Source of the DNA: Candidatus Rifleibacteriota bacterium
GTDB taxonomy: Bacteria; Muiribacteriota; Ozemobacteria; Ozemobacterales; Ozemobacteraceae
NCBI GenBank assembly: GCA_015232575.1
Contig: JADFZL010000003.1
Coordinates: 1 to 64,000, forward strand
Length of the DNA: 64,000 nt
Direction: 5' to 3'
Every line of letters starts with the position of its first letter. The stretch's first letter is position 1. This document shows, piece after piece, positions 1 through 8,818 of the stretch. A program made the translations under genes and the position numbers. The notes beneath the pieces were generated by a model. The model was given only the letters and a program-made list of their open reading frames with translations, did not search any database and was not told where the DNA came from.

Positions 1-386
1 GGATCGATTGCGGAAATATACAATTTAATTGCAATATTGGAATTGGGACTGGTTGTTTTTGTGGCACTGGCTTAACAATTGCTGGTTGTGGTTGGGCAAC
101 TTGCTTTTATAATACATCTTCAAAGTCGATTAAGTGTGATTACACCGATATAAATATCCTTTGCAACATTGAAAAAATGTGTATACAGGCTTGGAAGCGT
201 ATCGGCTCGAATGAATGGGGAATCGGTCCTTATGCAGAAGAAGTATCTTCCATGCTCGGACTTGGAACGCCACAATTCATACCTTCACTCGACGGCGTTG
301 CTTTGCGGGCTATTCAGGAGCTTTCCTGTAAGAACAAATCGCTTGAAGAAAGAATCAAACTTCTGGAAGAAAAATTAGCGGCGTAA
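1..386 (+). CDS. C-terminal fragment of a phage tail fibre/tail spike-like protein (5' end outside the window)
   Basis: Frame 3 is open from position 3 to a TAA at 384-386 with no stop. The Cys-rich segment (CGNIQFNCNIGIGTGCFCGTG...) is followed by ...LDGVALRAIQELSCKNKSLEERIKLLEEKL, which resembles the coiled-coil C-terminus of peptidase S74 intramolecular chaperone domains of phage fibres. Confidence 0.35.
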   Translation, partial: IDCGNIQFNCNIGIGTGCFCGTGLTIAGCGWATCFYNTSSKSIKCDYTDINILCNIEKMCIQAWKRIGSNEWGIGPYAEEVSSMLGLGTPQFIPSLDGVALRAIQELSCKNKSLEERIKLLEEKLAA

Positions 387-456
387 ACGCAACGTTTATG
401 ATATAATTTATACATAAAATATTTAAACATAAAATAAATTACATGGAGGCGTTAAA

Positions 457-783
457 ATGGCACTTAGAAAGACTATTCTGAGATCTGAAAATCGTGTTGG
501 TGGATTGTTTTCAAACGGTTATTTCCGCATTCTGGAATCAAATGTTGACCGCAGAAACAACAAATGGAGAATCCGCGTCGGTGGCTTCGCAGATGAAGAG
601 GCGCGGCGTTTGGCTTCTAACCAGCCGAATATGATGGGCGAAGACCAGCGTATTGTTTCTGACAAATGGTATGAAGCGCCTGTAACAAACAGCACTTCTA
701 TTGCTGACGCTTATGCTTATCTGAAAACACAGCCAGACTTTGCCACCGCTGCTGATGTTCTTGAAGAAGGGCAGGAAGCATAA
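457..783 (+). CDS. hypothetical protein, first gene of the coupled moron operon
   Basis: 108-aa ORF. Its TAA overlaps the next gene's ATG (TAATG at 781-785). No recognisable motif. Confidence 0.4.
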   Translation: MALRKTILRSENRVGGLFSNGYFRILESNVDRRNNKWRIRVGGFADEEARRLASNQPNMMGEDQRIVSDKWYEAPVTNSTSIADAYAYLKTQPDFATAADVLEEGQEA

Positions 784-1745
784 TGAGAAAAATTCTTTTC
801 AGAACAAATGGCGGACTTGGAAAACAGATCATGGCGACTGCAATTGCAGCACAGATCAAGAAACAGTATCCTGATTCGGTGTTGCATGTTGTAACATCTT
901 ACCCTGAAGCCTTCGCACATCTTGATTGTGTAGACAAGTATTTTCCCGGCAATCCACAGCCTTACTTTTACGATGAACACAAGGACTTTGAAATCCTTGA
1001 TGCTGAACCGTATACCGATCTTGAATACCGTCAAGGTAAGATGCACCTGGTTGATGTCTGGTGCAAGAAACTTGGCCTGAATTTCCCGCAAGAAAAGCGC
1101 GGATACATTAACCTTACTTCTGGTGAAAAGGGAATGGCTGCAAAAATGCTCGGCAATATCCCGCAAGATAAACCGATCATTGCTTTCCAGTTCAGGGGCG
1201 GAACAAGTTACTATGACCCTAACGCAGCAAATGACCCGTTACGCGCAAAGCAGACACGCGACCTTGATATCGAAACCGCTCAGAAGGTTGTTAATGCTCT
1301 TATCGCTAAGGGCTGCATCATTCTTCAGATTGGCTTACCCACTGAACCAAAATTGCAGAATGTTTTAAACCTCGACCCGAATAACGTTATTAACCCGCGT
1401 TTACTTTTTGCGCTTCTTGATCGTTGTCAGGGGCTTCTTGCAATTGATTCATTCGCGGCTCATGCGTGGGCAGCTCTCGGAAGAAAAGACAGCGCTGTCA
1501 TTCTTTGGGGCGGCACGAATCCGACAAATCTTTCTTATGCAGGGCACAGCGCCTTAACATCAGAAAAAGGGAAAGATTGTCCGATGCTGCATTGTAATCG
1601 ACCAGAAACCTTTGTTGGCGACTTCGTAGGAAATAACCAGCCGTGGGCATGTCCGAGAAATGGCATCTGCATGAAATTCGACCCGGTTATGATCGTTGAA
1701 GCCGTTATTGGTTCCATCGCTGACAGCGTGAAGGACAAGAAGTAA
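783..1745 (+). CDS. glycosyltransferase family 9 (heptosyltransferase-like) protein
   Basis: N-terminal MRKILFRTNGGLGKQIMATAIAAQIKKQYPDSVLHVVT and C-terminal LLAIDSFAAHAWAALGRKDSAVILWGGTNP match the GT9 signatures (GD...P-rich N-term; DSGxxHlAaAlGtPtvaLfGpT). It overlaps the following ORF by 1 nt. Confidence 0.6.
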   Translation: MRKILFRTNGGLGKQIMATAIAAQIKKQYPDSVLHVVTSYPEAFAHLDCVDKYFPGNPQPYFYDEHKDFEILDAEPYTDLEYRQGKMHLVDVWCKKLGLNFPQEKRGYINLTSGEKGMAAKMLGNIPQDKPIIAFQFRGGTSYYDPNAANDPLRAKQTRDLDIETAQKVVNALIAKGCIILQIGLPTEPKLQNVLNLDPNNVINPRLLFALLDRCQGLLAIDSFAAHAWAALGRKDSAVILWGGTNPTNLSYAGHSALTSEKGKDCPMLHCNRPETFVGDFVGNNQPWACPRNGICMKFDPVMIVEAVIGSIADSVKDKK

Positions 1746-2413
1746 TGTCGAAACAATGCGGAATGGGCATAAACAAAGATGATGCAATGGCTGAATCTAT
1801 CAAAAAACTGTTTGCCGAAAATAGATTCAGCCGTATAATCGAATGCGGAACATTCAACGGATTAGGTTCAACATCGCGTTTCTGTGAGCAAATAAAAGAT
1901 AATCCTATCCCGTTCTTTTCAATCGAAGTGAATACTTTTTATTATGCCATGGCACATCAGAATTTGCGCAAAGCTGGATTAAAGAACCTTGTAACGCTAA
2001 TCAACGGGCTTTCAGTTCCAAGAAATCTTCTCCCGAAAAAAGAAGAAATCGACTTATCAATTGCTTATTCTGACTTCATGAACGCTGAAGACCCGAAACA
2101 GCCTTACCTCGACGAAGTAGATTTCAATGTTCTTGATGACGTTCTTGGAGAATTATATCAGACGGATTATGAGCAAGAAAACGAATTACTCTTTCTCGAC
2201 AGCGCCGGGCACATGGGCTGGATTGAATTTCAGTATGCAATATCTCTGGCCAGAAAGAACAAAACTATTATTCTTGACGACACCAATCACATTAAGCATT
2301 TCAAATCAATGCAGCACATCAGGCAACACCCGAAAATATTCACTATCATTGAAGAGAATCCAGACAGGCACGGTTTTGCAATAATAAAGTATCATCCGGA
2401 GCAAACAAAATGA
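1745..2413 (+). CDS. class I SAM-dependent methyltransferase, Methyltransf_24/CmcI-like (putative sugar O-methyltransferase)
   Basis: IIECGTFNGLGSTSRF (G-x-G-S nucleotide-binding loop) and LFLDSAGHMGW...TIILDDTNH resemble the cephalosporin-hydroxylase/TylF-type O-methyltransferase family. Its stop overlaps the next start (ATGA). Confidence 0.45.
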   Translation: MSKQCGMGINKDDAMAESIKKLFAENRFSRIIECGTFNGLGSTSRFCEQIKDNPIPFFSIEVNTFYYAMAHQNLRKAGLKNLVTLINGLSVPRNLLPKKEEIDLSIAYSDFMNAEDPKQPYLDEVDFNVLDDVLGELYQTDYEQENELLFLDSAGHMGWIEFQYAISLARKNKTIILDDTNHIKHFKSMQHIRQHPKIFTIIEENPDRHGFAIIKYHPEQTK

Positions 2414-3195
2414 TAAAGTCAGTTTTTCTTCTTTCGCTTGTTTTGACAATACCGCTTTTGGTTAATCCTTCAGAAGCAAACTGGAGCGGTATTTATCTTT
2501 CTATTTACGGGAACTGGGTATTTTTGTTGTTAGTTCTTTATGCAAGCTGGTTCTTTATTGAAAGAATCAGACATGAAAAGATGAAAGCCTTTTTCGGACT
2601 TCGGAATAATACCGTAACGGCGGTAATCGGATTGGTTGAAACACCAGAGGACAGAGGTAAAAAGATTCCACTGGTTTCTTTCAATGAATTCAAAATAGCA
2701 CTTTCCATCGGTGAAATCTTTTCCTTCAAGCTATCTCAGCTTGGCGATAATCCTCCTGGCTGGTTAAGCCAGATCGTATTTAATCCAATTGAGTATAAAA
2801 TAGCATTTTCGGAATATCTGAAGAATGATTGTAGCACAATCCTTTTTGGAACAAGGCAATTTAATAAAACTGCTGAACTTGTAGAACGTTCCTTAAATTC
2901 ATTGATTCAAACAGATGTAAACGGTAATGATGAAGCATTTTTCTTCGTAGGCGGAAACAAATACACGGATCTTAATCATTCATTTGTTCAAAGAATCCGG
3001 CTCAAAAATGGAGGCTTTGTTTTTCAAATCGCAGGGAATTCGGATGAATCAACGTCTGCTGCAAGTATTTATCTGAAAAGAAACTGGATGAAACTCTTAG
3101 AAATACATGGTGCAGAAAATGACTTTGCTGTAATTCTGAAAAATACTCCCGGTAATATTTTTGAGTGTGAAAAATTGGCTGCTGTAATGCCTTGA
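2410..3195 (+). CDS. hypothetical membrane protein (two N-terminal TM helices)
   Basis: Hydrophobic N-terminus (VFLLSLVLTIPLLV...WVFLLLVLYASWFFI). Translationally coupled to the methyltransferase. Confidence 0.4.
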   Translation: MIKSVFLLSLVLTIPLLVNPSEANWSGIYLSIYGNWVFLLLVLYASWFFIERIRHEKMKAFFGLRNNTVTAVIGLVETPEDRGKKIPLVSFNEFKIALSIGEIFSFKLSQLGDNPPGWLSQIVFNPIEYKIAFSEYLKNDCSTILFGTRQFNKTAELVERSLNSLIQTDVNGNDEAFFFVGGNKYTDLNHSFVQRIRLKNGGFVFQIAGNSDESTSAASIYLKRNWMKLLEIHGAENDFAVILKNTPGNIFECEKLAAVMP

Positions 3196-3204
3196 GGTGA
3201 AAGA

Positions 3205-3687
3205 ATGAATGTTGTTCTGATGAAAACAAAATCGGATTGTGAAATTGCTGCTATAGCAACGGCTTGCTCTGTCAGTTATGATAGGGCGAAGAAAGCAATC
3301 GCCTGGAAAGATTTGCCAGGTGAGCTTGAAAATCCGATTTATGGCAATCCGGAAAATCTTTATCTGGCGCTTATAAAGCTGGGATTCTGGAAAAAGAATA
3401 TTGTACTTTCTGATCTTCTTTCCGGAAAGGCAACGCCAGGGAAAACCATAGTTCTGATTCACAAGCCTACAAATCCGATTTCTCAACAACATTGGGTTGT
3501 CTGGGCCGGAAAAAACGACAAAGGTAAACATTTATTTTACTGGGGCGATTCTGAAAAGCCAGTAACGGTATCGGAAAAATCATTATCTGATTACTACTGC
3601 AAAGGCTGGCCAAATTGCGCTTTTGAAGTTTATAAAGCGTCGATATGGCAGTTACTTTGGCAAAAGTTTTTAAGATTATTCGAATAA
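3205..3687 (+). CDS. papain-fold cysteine peptidase, C39-like domain protein
   Basis: TKSDCEIAAIATACSV (putative Cys nucleophile) with a downstream QQHWVVWAG (His), typical of C39_2/BtrH-like domains. It follows 2410..3195 by 9 nt. Confidence 0.4.
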   Translation: MNVVLMKTKSDCEIAAIATACSVSYDRAKKAIAWKDLPGELENPIYGNPENLYLALIKLGFWKKNIVLSDLLSGKATPGKTIVLIHKPTNPISQQHWVVWAGKNDKGKHLFYWGDSEKPVTVSEKSLSDYYCKGWPNCAFEVYKASIWQLLWQKFLRLFE

Positions 3688-3787
3688 ACAATTTAAAGGA
3701 GGCTGACATGCTGGAAATCCTTTCAATTTCGTTTTGTGCACTATTTGCAACCTGGATTCGTCTGGAACTATGGTAAGGGACTAACCA

Positions 3788-4108
3788 ATGACAACGTTTC
3801 TTGCAGCACTTGATAAATACTTGATACAGCAGTTTTTAAACAATACACCATCATTAATTTTGCTCATGATAGCAGTTATTTGTCTCGCTGTTATTGTGAC
3901 TATGCGGGTAAACAAGGCTATCAACAAAGAAGGCGAACAAAACAGCAGAATTGAAATCGTTGAGAAACAGCAGCATAAATCAGAACAGGTTATTTCGGCC
4001 TGTCCATGCATAAGTAAAGAAAATGCAACATGGCTGCAAGATAAAGAAAGAAATGGCGGAAAGCCACCGGAAGCGGTGAAATGTCCATTTCAGAAAGGAA
4101 CTGCATGA
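3788..4108 (+). CDS. putative holin (single TM helix, charged C-terminus)
   Basis: 106 aa with one TM helix (LILLMIAVICLAVIVTM). The stop overlaps the ATG of the endolysin (ATGA at 4105-4108). Confidence 0.3.
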   Translation: MTTFLAALDKYLIQQFLNNTPSLILLMIAVICLAVIVTMRVNKAINKEGEQNSRIEIVEKQQHKSEQVISACPCISKENATWLQDKERNGGKPPEAVKCPFQKGTA

Positions 4109-4548
4109 AATCAAAACATTTCAGACTTGAAGAGTTTTTCAGTAAAGATTTTTTCAATAAATGGCACAAAAAGCCAAATTACCTATGGGGATTGTTGGAT
4201 TCAAGATTGCTTATTTCGTGTGAAAGATTGCGCGAAAGATACGGTGTCTGCAAAATTAATGATTGGATTTTTGGCGGTCACTTCAAAGCATCTGGGTTCA
4301 GAGAAGACGAATGCCGTATTGGTGCTGAATTGTCACAACATAGATTCGGGAGAGCTGCGGATCTGAAATTTGAAGGTGTTACTCCGGAAGAAATCAGAAA
4401 AGACATGCGCAAGAAAGCTTCAATGAATCCTGATATGACAACATTTCAACTTATAACTTGCGTTGAAGATGGAACTGATACCTGGCTTCATATAGACGTA
4501 AGAAACCATGACTGCGATGGTATTCTCTGGATTCCGAAAACTAAGTAA
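4105..4548 (+). CDS. endolysin, peptidase M15A (D-Ala-D-Ala carboxypeptidase/L-alanyl-D-glutamate peptidase-like)
   Basis: FRLEEF...SGFR...HRFGRAADL...WLHID matches the zinc-binding H-x6-D...H motif set of the M15/VanY-type phage lysins. The start is chosen at 4105, coupled to the holin. Confidence 0.6.
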   Translation: MKSKHFRLEEFFSKDFFNKWHKKPNYLWGLLDSRLLISCERLRERYGVCKINDWIFGGHFKASGFREDECRIGAELSQHRFGRAADLKFEGVTPEEIRKDMRKKASMNPDMTTFQLITCVEDGTDTWLHIDVRNHDCDGILWIPKTK

Positions 4549-4563
4549 AAAAAAGGAGGCAGT

Positions 4564-4995
4564 ATGCAGGAAATTCTTAATGAAGTAATAAAGGTTGTAA
4601 TAATCGTTATGATTCCAATTGTAGGTAAAATTCTTAACATTCTTGTTGGGAAACTTATTGAATGGGTTGAAAGCAAAACCCACAATGAAAATCTGAAAAC
4701 CCTCGAACATGAAGCAGGTGAGGTTATTCTTGCCGTCGAAGGAAATATTGTATCAGGAGCAAGAAAAGCGTTTTCTGATGGTAAGATAACTCAGCAGGAA
4801 CTTGAAGACATTTACATTGACGCGAAGCATATTGCGACAAATCAAATTAAAGAAAGACTTAAAACTTTTCCGGGGATTTTTGCTGCAAGTGTCGAAGGCA
4901 AACTAACCGATCTGGTTGAAGCTCAGCTAATTAAGCAGAAAACAATTGGAGCAATCGTAAACCCTCGGCCAGCCCAGTCATCACCGGCAGCATAA
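4564..4995 (+). CDS. membrane-anchored coiled-coil protein of the lysis cassette (spanin- or holin-like)
   Basis: N-terminal TM helix (VIKVVIIVMIPIVGKILNILVG) followed by a helical, charged periplasmic region. Its position directly after the endolysin is typical of i-spanins. Confidence 0.25.
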   Translation: MQEILNEVIKVVIIVMIPIVGKILNILVGKLIEWVESKTHNENLKTLEHEAGEVILAVEGNIVSGARKAFSDGKITQQELEDIYIDAKHIATNQIKERLKTFPGIFAASVEGKLTDLVEAQLIKQKTIGAIVNPRPAQSSPAA

Positions 4996-5255
4996 AGCAA
5001 GATGGTGGAAGTCTCGGATTAAAAACCCGTGATGCCTGGGCAAGGCTAAACATCGGAAATCACAAACCCGAATTTGAGATAGGATTCAGCAAGCAGTTTT
5101 AAGAGTTCAAAAATACCTCCATGTTCTCCCCTGGTGAAATCCGGGGGAGTTTTAATTTTCGGAAAAAGTAATCTATTATTTCGGAGTGTGTTAGAGAAAA
5201 TGTTAGAAGTGATTTTACGTGCTCTTGAAACCTGCATCTGATCTAAAAAATAGAA

Positions 5256-5329
5256 TGCGCCTATCTGGACTCGAACCAGAGGCCCCAGGATTAGGAATCC
5301 TGTGCTCTATCCACCTGAGCTATAGGCGC
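5256..5329 (-). tRNA. tRNA-Arg (anticodon CCT)
   Basis: Minus-strand read: GCGCCTA-TA-GCTCAGGTGGATAGAGC-A-CAGGA-TTCCTAA-TCCTG-GGGCC-TCTGGTTCGAGTCCAGA-TAGGCGC-A. It has a 7-bp acceptor stem, D arm, anticodon loop UU-CCU-AA and T-loop GTTCGAGTC. No CCA is encoded. Confidence 0.85.
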
Positions 5330-5458
5330 ACTAACGTCAAACATAATACTTGTTTTTTCGTTGATGGTCAAGTATATTTTAAACTTCCAGACGAAGAATA
5401 TTGCTTACATTGTTAAATAGAAGTTCAGGAAAATAAAAAACTTGCAGGGAGAAATATA

Positions 5459-6421
5459 ATGGTAGAAAACACTTCACAGGAAGAGAAAATAATAATCATC
5501 GGGTCAGGGCCTTCCGGATTAACAGCAGCAATTTATGCGGCAAGAGCTGGATTGTCCCCTCTGTTGATAGAGGGCTTCCAATCTGGGGGGCAACCAGGCG
5601 GACAGCTTATGACAACTACAGAGGTCGAAAATTTTCCAGGTTTTGAAAATGGAATAATGGGACCTGAACTGATTGAAAGAATAAAGGCACAGGCACAGCG
5701 ATTTCAAACTCGTTTTGTTTCGGAAGATATTGAAAAAGTCGATTTTACTTCTAAACCATTCTCACTTTTCAGCGGAAGCAAAACATGGAAAACTCATTGC
5801 CTGATTATTGCCACTGGCGCTTCAGCAAACATTCTTGATCATCCGGCTGTGAAAAAATACTGGGGCAAAGGAATCTCAGCCTGCGCAACCTGTGACGGTG
5901 CCCTTCCTGTATTTCGCAATAAACCTATCTGCGTAATCGGTGGTGGTGACTCAGCCATTGAGGAAGCACAATTCCTTTCGAGATTTGCTTCGAGAATCTA
6001 TCTGATTCATCGCCGGGATAAATTTCGTGCAAGTAAGGCAATGCAGGATAAGCTTTTAAGCAACAGTAAAATTGAGGCAGTTTTTGATTCAGTAATAGAA
6101 GATATTTCAGGCAGTAACTTTGTTGAAATCGTGAAAGTAAAGAATGTCAACACCGGCCAGATAACTGAAATTCAGGCAAAGGGTATATTCATGGCAATCG
6201 GACACACCCCGAATACAGCATTCCTGAATAATTCGCTTGAACTCGACGAAAAGAAATATATCCGCGTTAAACACCCCACAACAGCTACTTCTGTTGATGG
6301 AGTGTTTGCATGCGGAGATGTTACAGATCCACGTTACCGACAGGCAATTTCAGCCGCCGGTTCCGGGTGCTGTGCCGCGCTTGATGCAGAAAAATGGCTC
6401 AGCGAAAAGGGAATTGAATAA
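5459..6421 (+). CDS. trxB: thioredoxin-disulfide reductase
   Basis: IIIIGSGPSGLTAAIYAARAG FAD-binding motif, redox-active CATCDG, and a second GGGDSA NADPH-binding motif. SD GGGAG lies 9 nt upstream. Confidence 0.85.
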   Translation: MVENTSQEEKIIIIGSGPSGLTAAIYAARAGLSPLLIEGFQSGGQPGGQLMTTTEVENFPGFENGIMGPELIERIKAQAQRFQTRFVSEDIEKVDFTSKPFSLFSGSKTWKTHCLIIATGASANILDHPAVKKYWGKGISACATCDGALPVFRNKPICVIGGGDSAIEEAQFLSRFASRIYLIHRRDKFRASKAMQDKLLSNSKIEAVFDSVIEDISGSNFVEIVKVKNVNTGQITEIQAKGIFMAIGHTPNTAFLNNSLELDEKKYIRVKHPTTATSVDGVFACGDVTDPRYRQAISAAGSGCCAALDAEKWLSEKGIE

Positions 6422-8088
6422 AGATCAATAAGTGAAGAATAAAAGGTCTGAATATAATTTATTTCTCTTCTTATACTTTTATTCAGACCTTGATAAATTC
6501 CCAGCTGAAGAAGCGAAAAAAGATCATTATTTGAAATCAGACTCTGGTATGAATAATTATCAGAGCGATTTTTAATGAACACATCCGAAATCCTTTCAGG
6601 AATTTCAAGTAAAAGATAATTTTCCAGATGTTTAAAAATCACTTCATCCAGTGAAAGTTGTGGAGCAAGTTCGGTAATTATGCCTCTCAAAGTGAAAAAA
6701 CTTTTTCTGAACCAGAGTAGTTCGCCGGGAAATGAACAGCCTCCAAGAGCGAGTTTATCGATTATTATCATCGTTTTTTCCATGAAAGAAGATGATTTGT
6801 CTTTTTGTACAACAGAAAAAGCCTGTGCCGTTTTTTCCTGAAGCATTTTCTTTACGCATAAAGAATCACAATCATTTGCCAGTGAAAGTGCCGCTTTTGT
6901 GATGCGGTTTTCGTCATGTGTCAGAATTCCAAGAGCAATCTGAAGAATACCACATCTTTGATCTTTTTTAAGATATCCGGTTTGGCTCCAGTCAAGTAGA
7001 TATATTTGCTTTCCGTCTTTTTTCTGCTGAATAAAAATGTTTCCTGCATGAGGATCACCATGAAATAATGCTCTTTCGTTTGTAGAAAAAATTACTTTTC
7101 CAAAAAGATTCCAGAAAAGTTCTTCAGCAAAAAACGACGCTTCAGAATCAGATAGAGAGTCTCTGTCTATTTTTTTTCCGTTGATTTTCTCCATTGCAGT
7201 AACTTTTTCAGTTGAAAATGGAAGAAGCTTTGGCACTTTAACTGAAGAATTACTATCAAAAAAGATACTTGCACTTTTAAGGTTTTTCTGTTCAACTGTT
7301 AGATCAACTTCAGATAAAAGAGAGGTTTTAATCTCATCAAAAACTTCCCTGTAATGAAAATCTGACAGAGGATAATTGGACCTGTTTTCATCGAAAAAAT
7401 CTGTCAGCTGGTCAATTAAGATTATTTCTTCGCTGAGAAATTGCGTCACACCGGGCTTAACCGTCTTAAATACTCCTTCAGATAATCCAAAGCCGGAATT
7501 TTGAAATGTGAAAGCCGTTACCACGCCGACACTCGCCTCTGCAAGAGGTTTTTCGTCAATGATAAATTCAACAGAATTATTTCGATTCATCTGCATTTGA
7601 GAAAGAATAAAATCTCTGGGCGAGGAAGTATCTGGTACAGAAGATTCCAGCTTCATCAGCCATTTTCGAAAAGAAATATCAATATTGGAATTGCGGGCAA
7701 TAATCTGTCCAAGTTTGTGGATAGTTGGGAGCGAAAAGGCTATTAAAATAAGCCTTTCACCTGCTTCAACTTTCTGATCAAGCAACATTTGATCAATTAG
7801 TATGTATTTAAGGCGATCTTCAGATATTTTCTCAAGAATAAATGAAATTCCGTCGATTGCAATTTGTCTGAAATCAGAATAAACATCCGGAATCAGATCT
7901 TTTACTCCGGCAATTTCTACAAGCTCTTTTGATATCTGCTTACGAAATACTTTTAAATCATTTCCGGCAAGCAAATCATAAAGAAAGGCTTTTCTGCCGG
8001 GGATATCCATTTTATTCATCTGTGGATAAAAAGCAGAGACAGCAGAATAGCGCTCACGCGGAGGAATAGCAAGAATGAGTTCAAACAT
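6334..8088 (-). CDS. ABC1/UbiB-family atypical protein kinase
   Basis: ASVGVV...FKTVKPG and HGDPHAGNIF...LLDWSQTG are hallmark ABC1 kinase motifs. The 3' end overlaps trxB convergently by about 87 nt. Confidence 0.7.
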   Translation of the reverse strand: MFELILAIPPRERYSAVSAFYPQMNKMDIPGRKAFLYDLLAGNDLKVFRKQISKELVEIAGVKDLIPDVYSDFRQIAIDGISFILEKISEDRLKYILIDQMLLDQKVEAGERLILIAFSLPTIHKLGQIIARNSNIDISFRKWLMKLESSVPDTSSPRDFILSQMQMNRNNSVEFIIDEKPLAEASVGVVTAFTFQNSGFGLSEGVFKTVKPGVTQFLSEEIILIDQLTDFFDENRSNYPLSDFHYREVFDEIKTSLLSEVDLTVEQKNLKSASIFFDSNSSVKVPKLLPFSTEKVTAMEKINGKKIDRDSLSDSEASFFAEELFWNLFGKVIFSTNERALFHGDPHAGNIFIQQKKDGKQIYLLDWSQTGYLKKDQRCGILQIALGILTHDENRITKAALSLANDCDSLCVKKMLQEKTAQAFSVVQKDKSSSFMEKTMIIIDKLALGGCSFPGELLWFRKSFFTLRGIITELAPQLSLDEVIFKHLENYLLLEIPERISDVFIKNRSDNYSYQSLISNNDLFSLLQLGIYQGLNKSIRREINYIQTFYSSLIDLYSIPFSLSHFSASSAAQHPEPAAEIACR

Positions 8089-8112
8089 AAGTACCCCCTG
8101 AGTAAAGATTTG

Positions 8113-8751
8113 TCAGAAGAATTCGATATCGTCAGGTTTCTTAATCTGCTCCTGAATTCTTTTTGCCAGTTCTTCTTCCTCGGGTGTAACTTCAAACTTA
8201 ATTTTCGCAGGTATTCGCTTTACAAAAACATCGAACGAATCTGTATGAAAGAAAATTCTTCTTGTAAAGCTGCCGCCAGTATTCTGCGAAATGAGTGGAA
8301 TTTTTTCAACCTGTAAATAATTTAGAACAAAATCAACATTTTTCATTCCAGTACTACTCGACAGTGATGCAGTCGCCAGAACGTGACCACCGCCAAATAT
8401 TTTTGCCTTTAGACATGTTCGAACACCACCGCGCCTGGTTATTTCATTTATAAGTCTTTCCATCGCGCTTATTCCATAACAGGAGTTTTCATCGTATGCA
8501 AAAATATCAGCTTTCCCGGGCAGGAGAATATGATTCATTCCTGCAACTTTGTGAACCGGGTCAAAAAGGCACGCTGAAACACATGAACCAAGAACCGTCT
8601 GCAAAACAACCGGTTTGGAAGTAGCGTAAAAGTCACCAATGGTGACATGTACGACTTCTTTATCCTGCGGTGAAGCAGTGTCTCTTGTAATCATTAAAAG
8701 GTCTCCGATTCTAAAAATTCTTATTATAACGTTCTTCGATTGGAAAGGCAA
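8113..8751 (-). CDS. cheD: chemoreceptor glutamine deamidase CheD-like protein (orphan, with C-terminal extension)
   Basis: VTIGDFYATSKPVVLQTVLGSCVSACLFD...GMNHILLP matches the CheD catalytic Cys/His region. No other che genes lie nearby. Confidence 0.6.
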   Translation of the reverse strand: MPFQSKNVIIRIFRIGDLLMITRDTASPQDKEVVHVTIGDFYATSKPVVLQTVLGSCVSACLFDPVHKVAGMNHILLPGKADIFAYDENSCYGISAMERLINEITRRGGVRTCLKAKIFGGGHVLATASLSSSTGMKNVDFVLNYLQVEKIPLISQNTGGSFTRRIFFHTDSFDVFVKRIPAKIKFEVTPEEEELAKRIQEQIKKPDDIEFF

Positions 8752-8818
8752 TTAATTTTTGTTGCCGGAAATTGATATTTTTTTAAAAATAATTTCTTTT
8801 TTTATGTAAAATTTTGCA

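Larger units (their letters stand above)
1..5255. mobile_element. 3' terminal part of an integrated prophage (tail fibre C-terminus, moron operon, lysis cassette) abutting tRNA-Arg; the rest of the prophage lies upstream of the window
   Basis: Tail-fibre-like partial ORF, holin plus M15 endolysin pair, and tightly coupled accessory genes, ending next to the 3' end of a tRNA, which is the classic attachment-site geometry. Confidence 0.5.

Noticed and set aside
717-1166. Minus-strand ORF 717..1166 (149 aa)
   Set aside because: It is antisense within the well-supported GT9 gene. It has no motif, and no SD was sought or identified.
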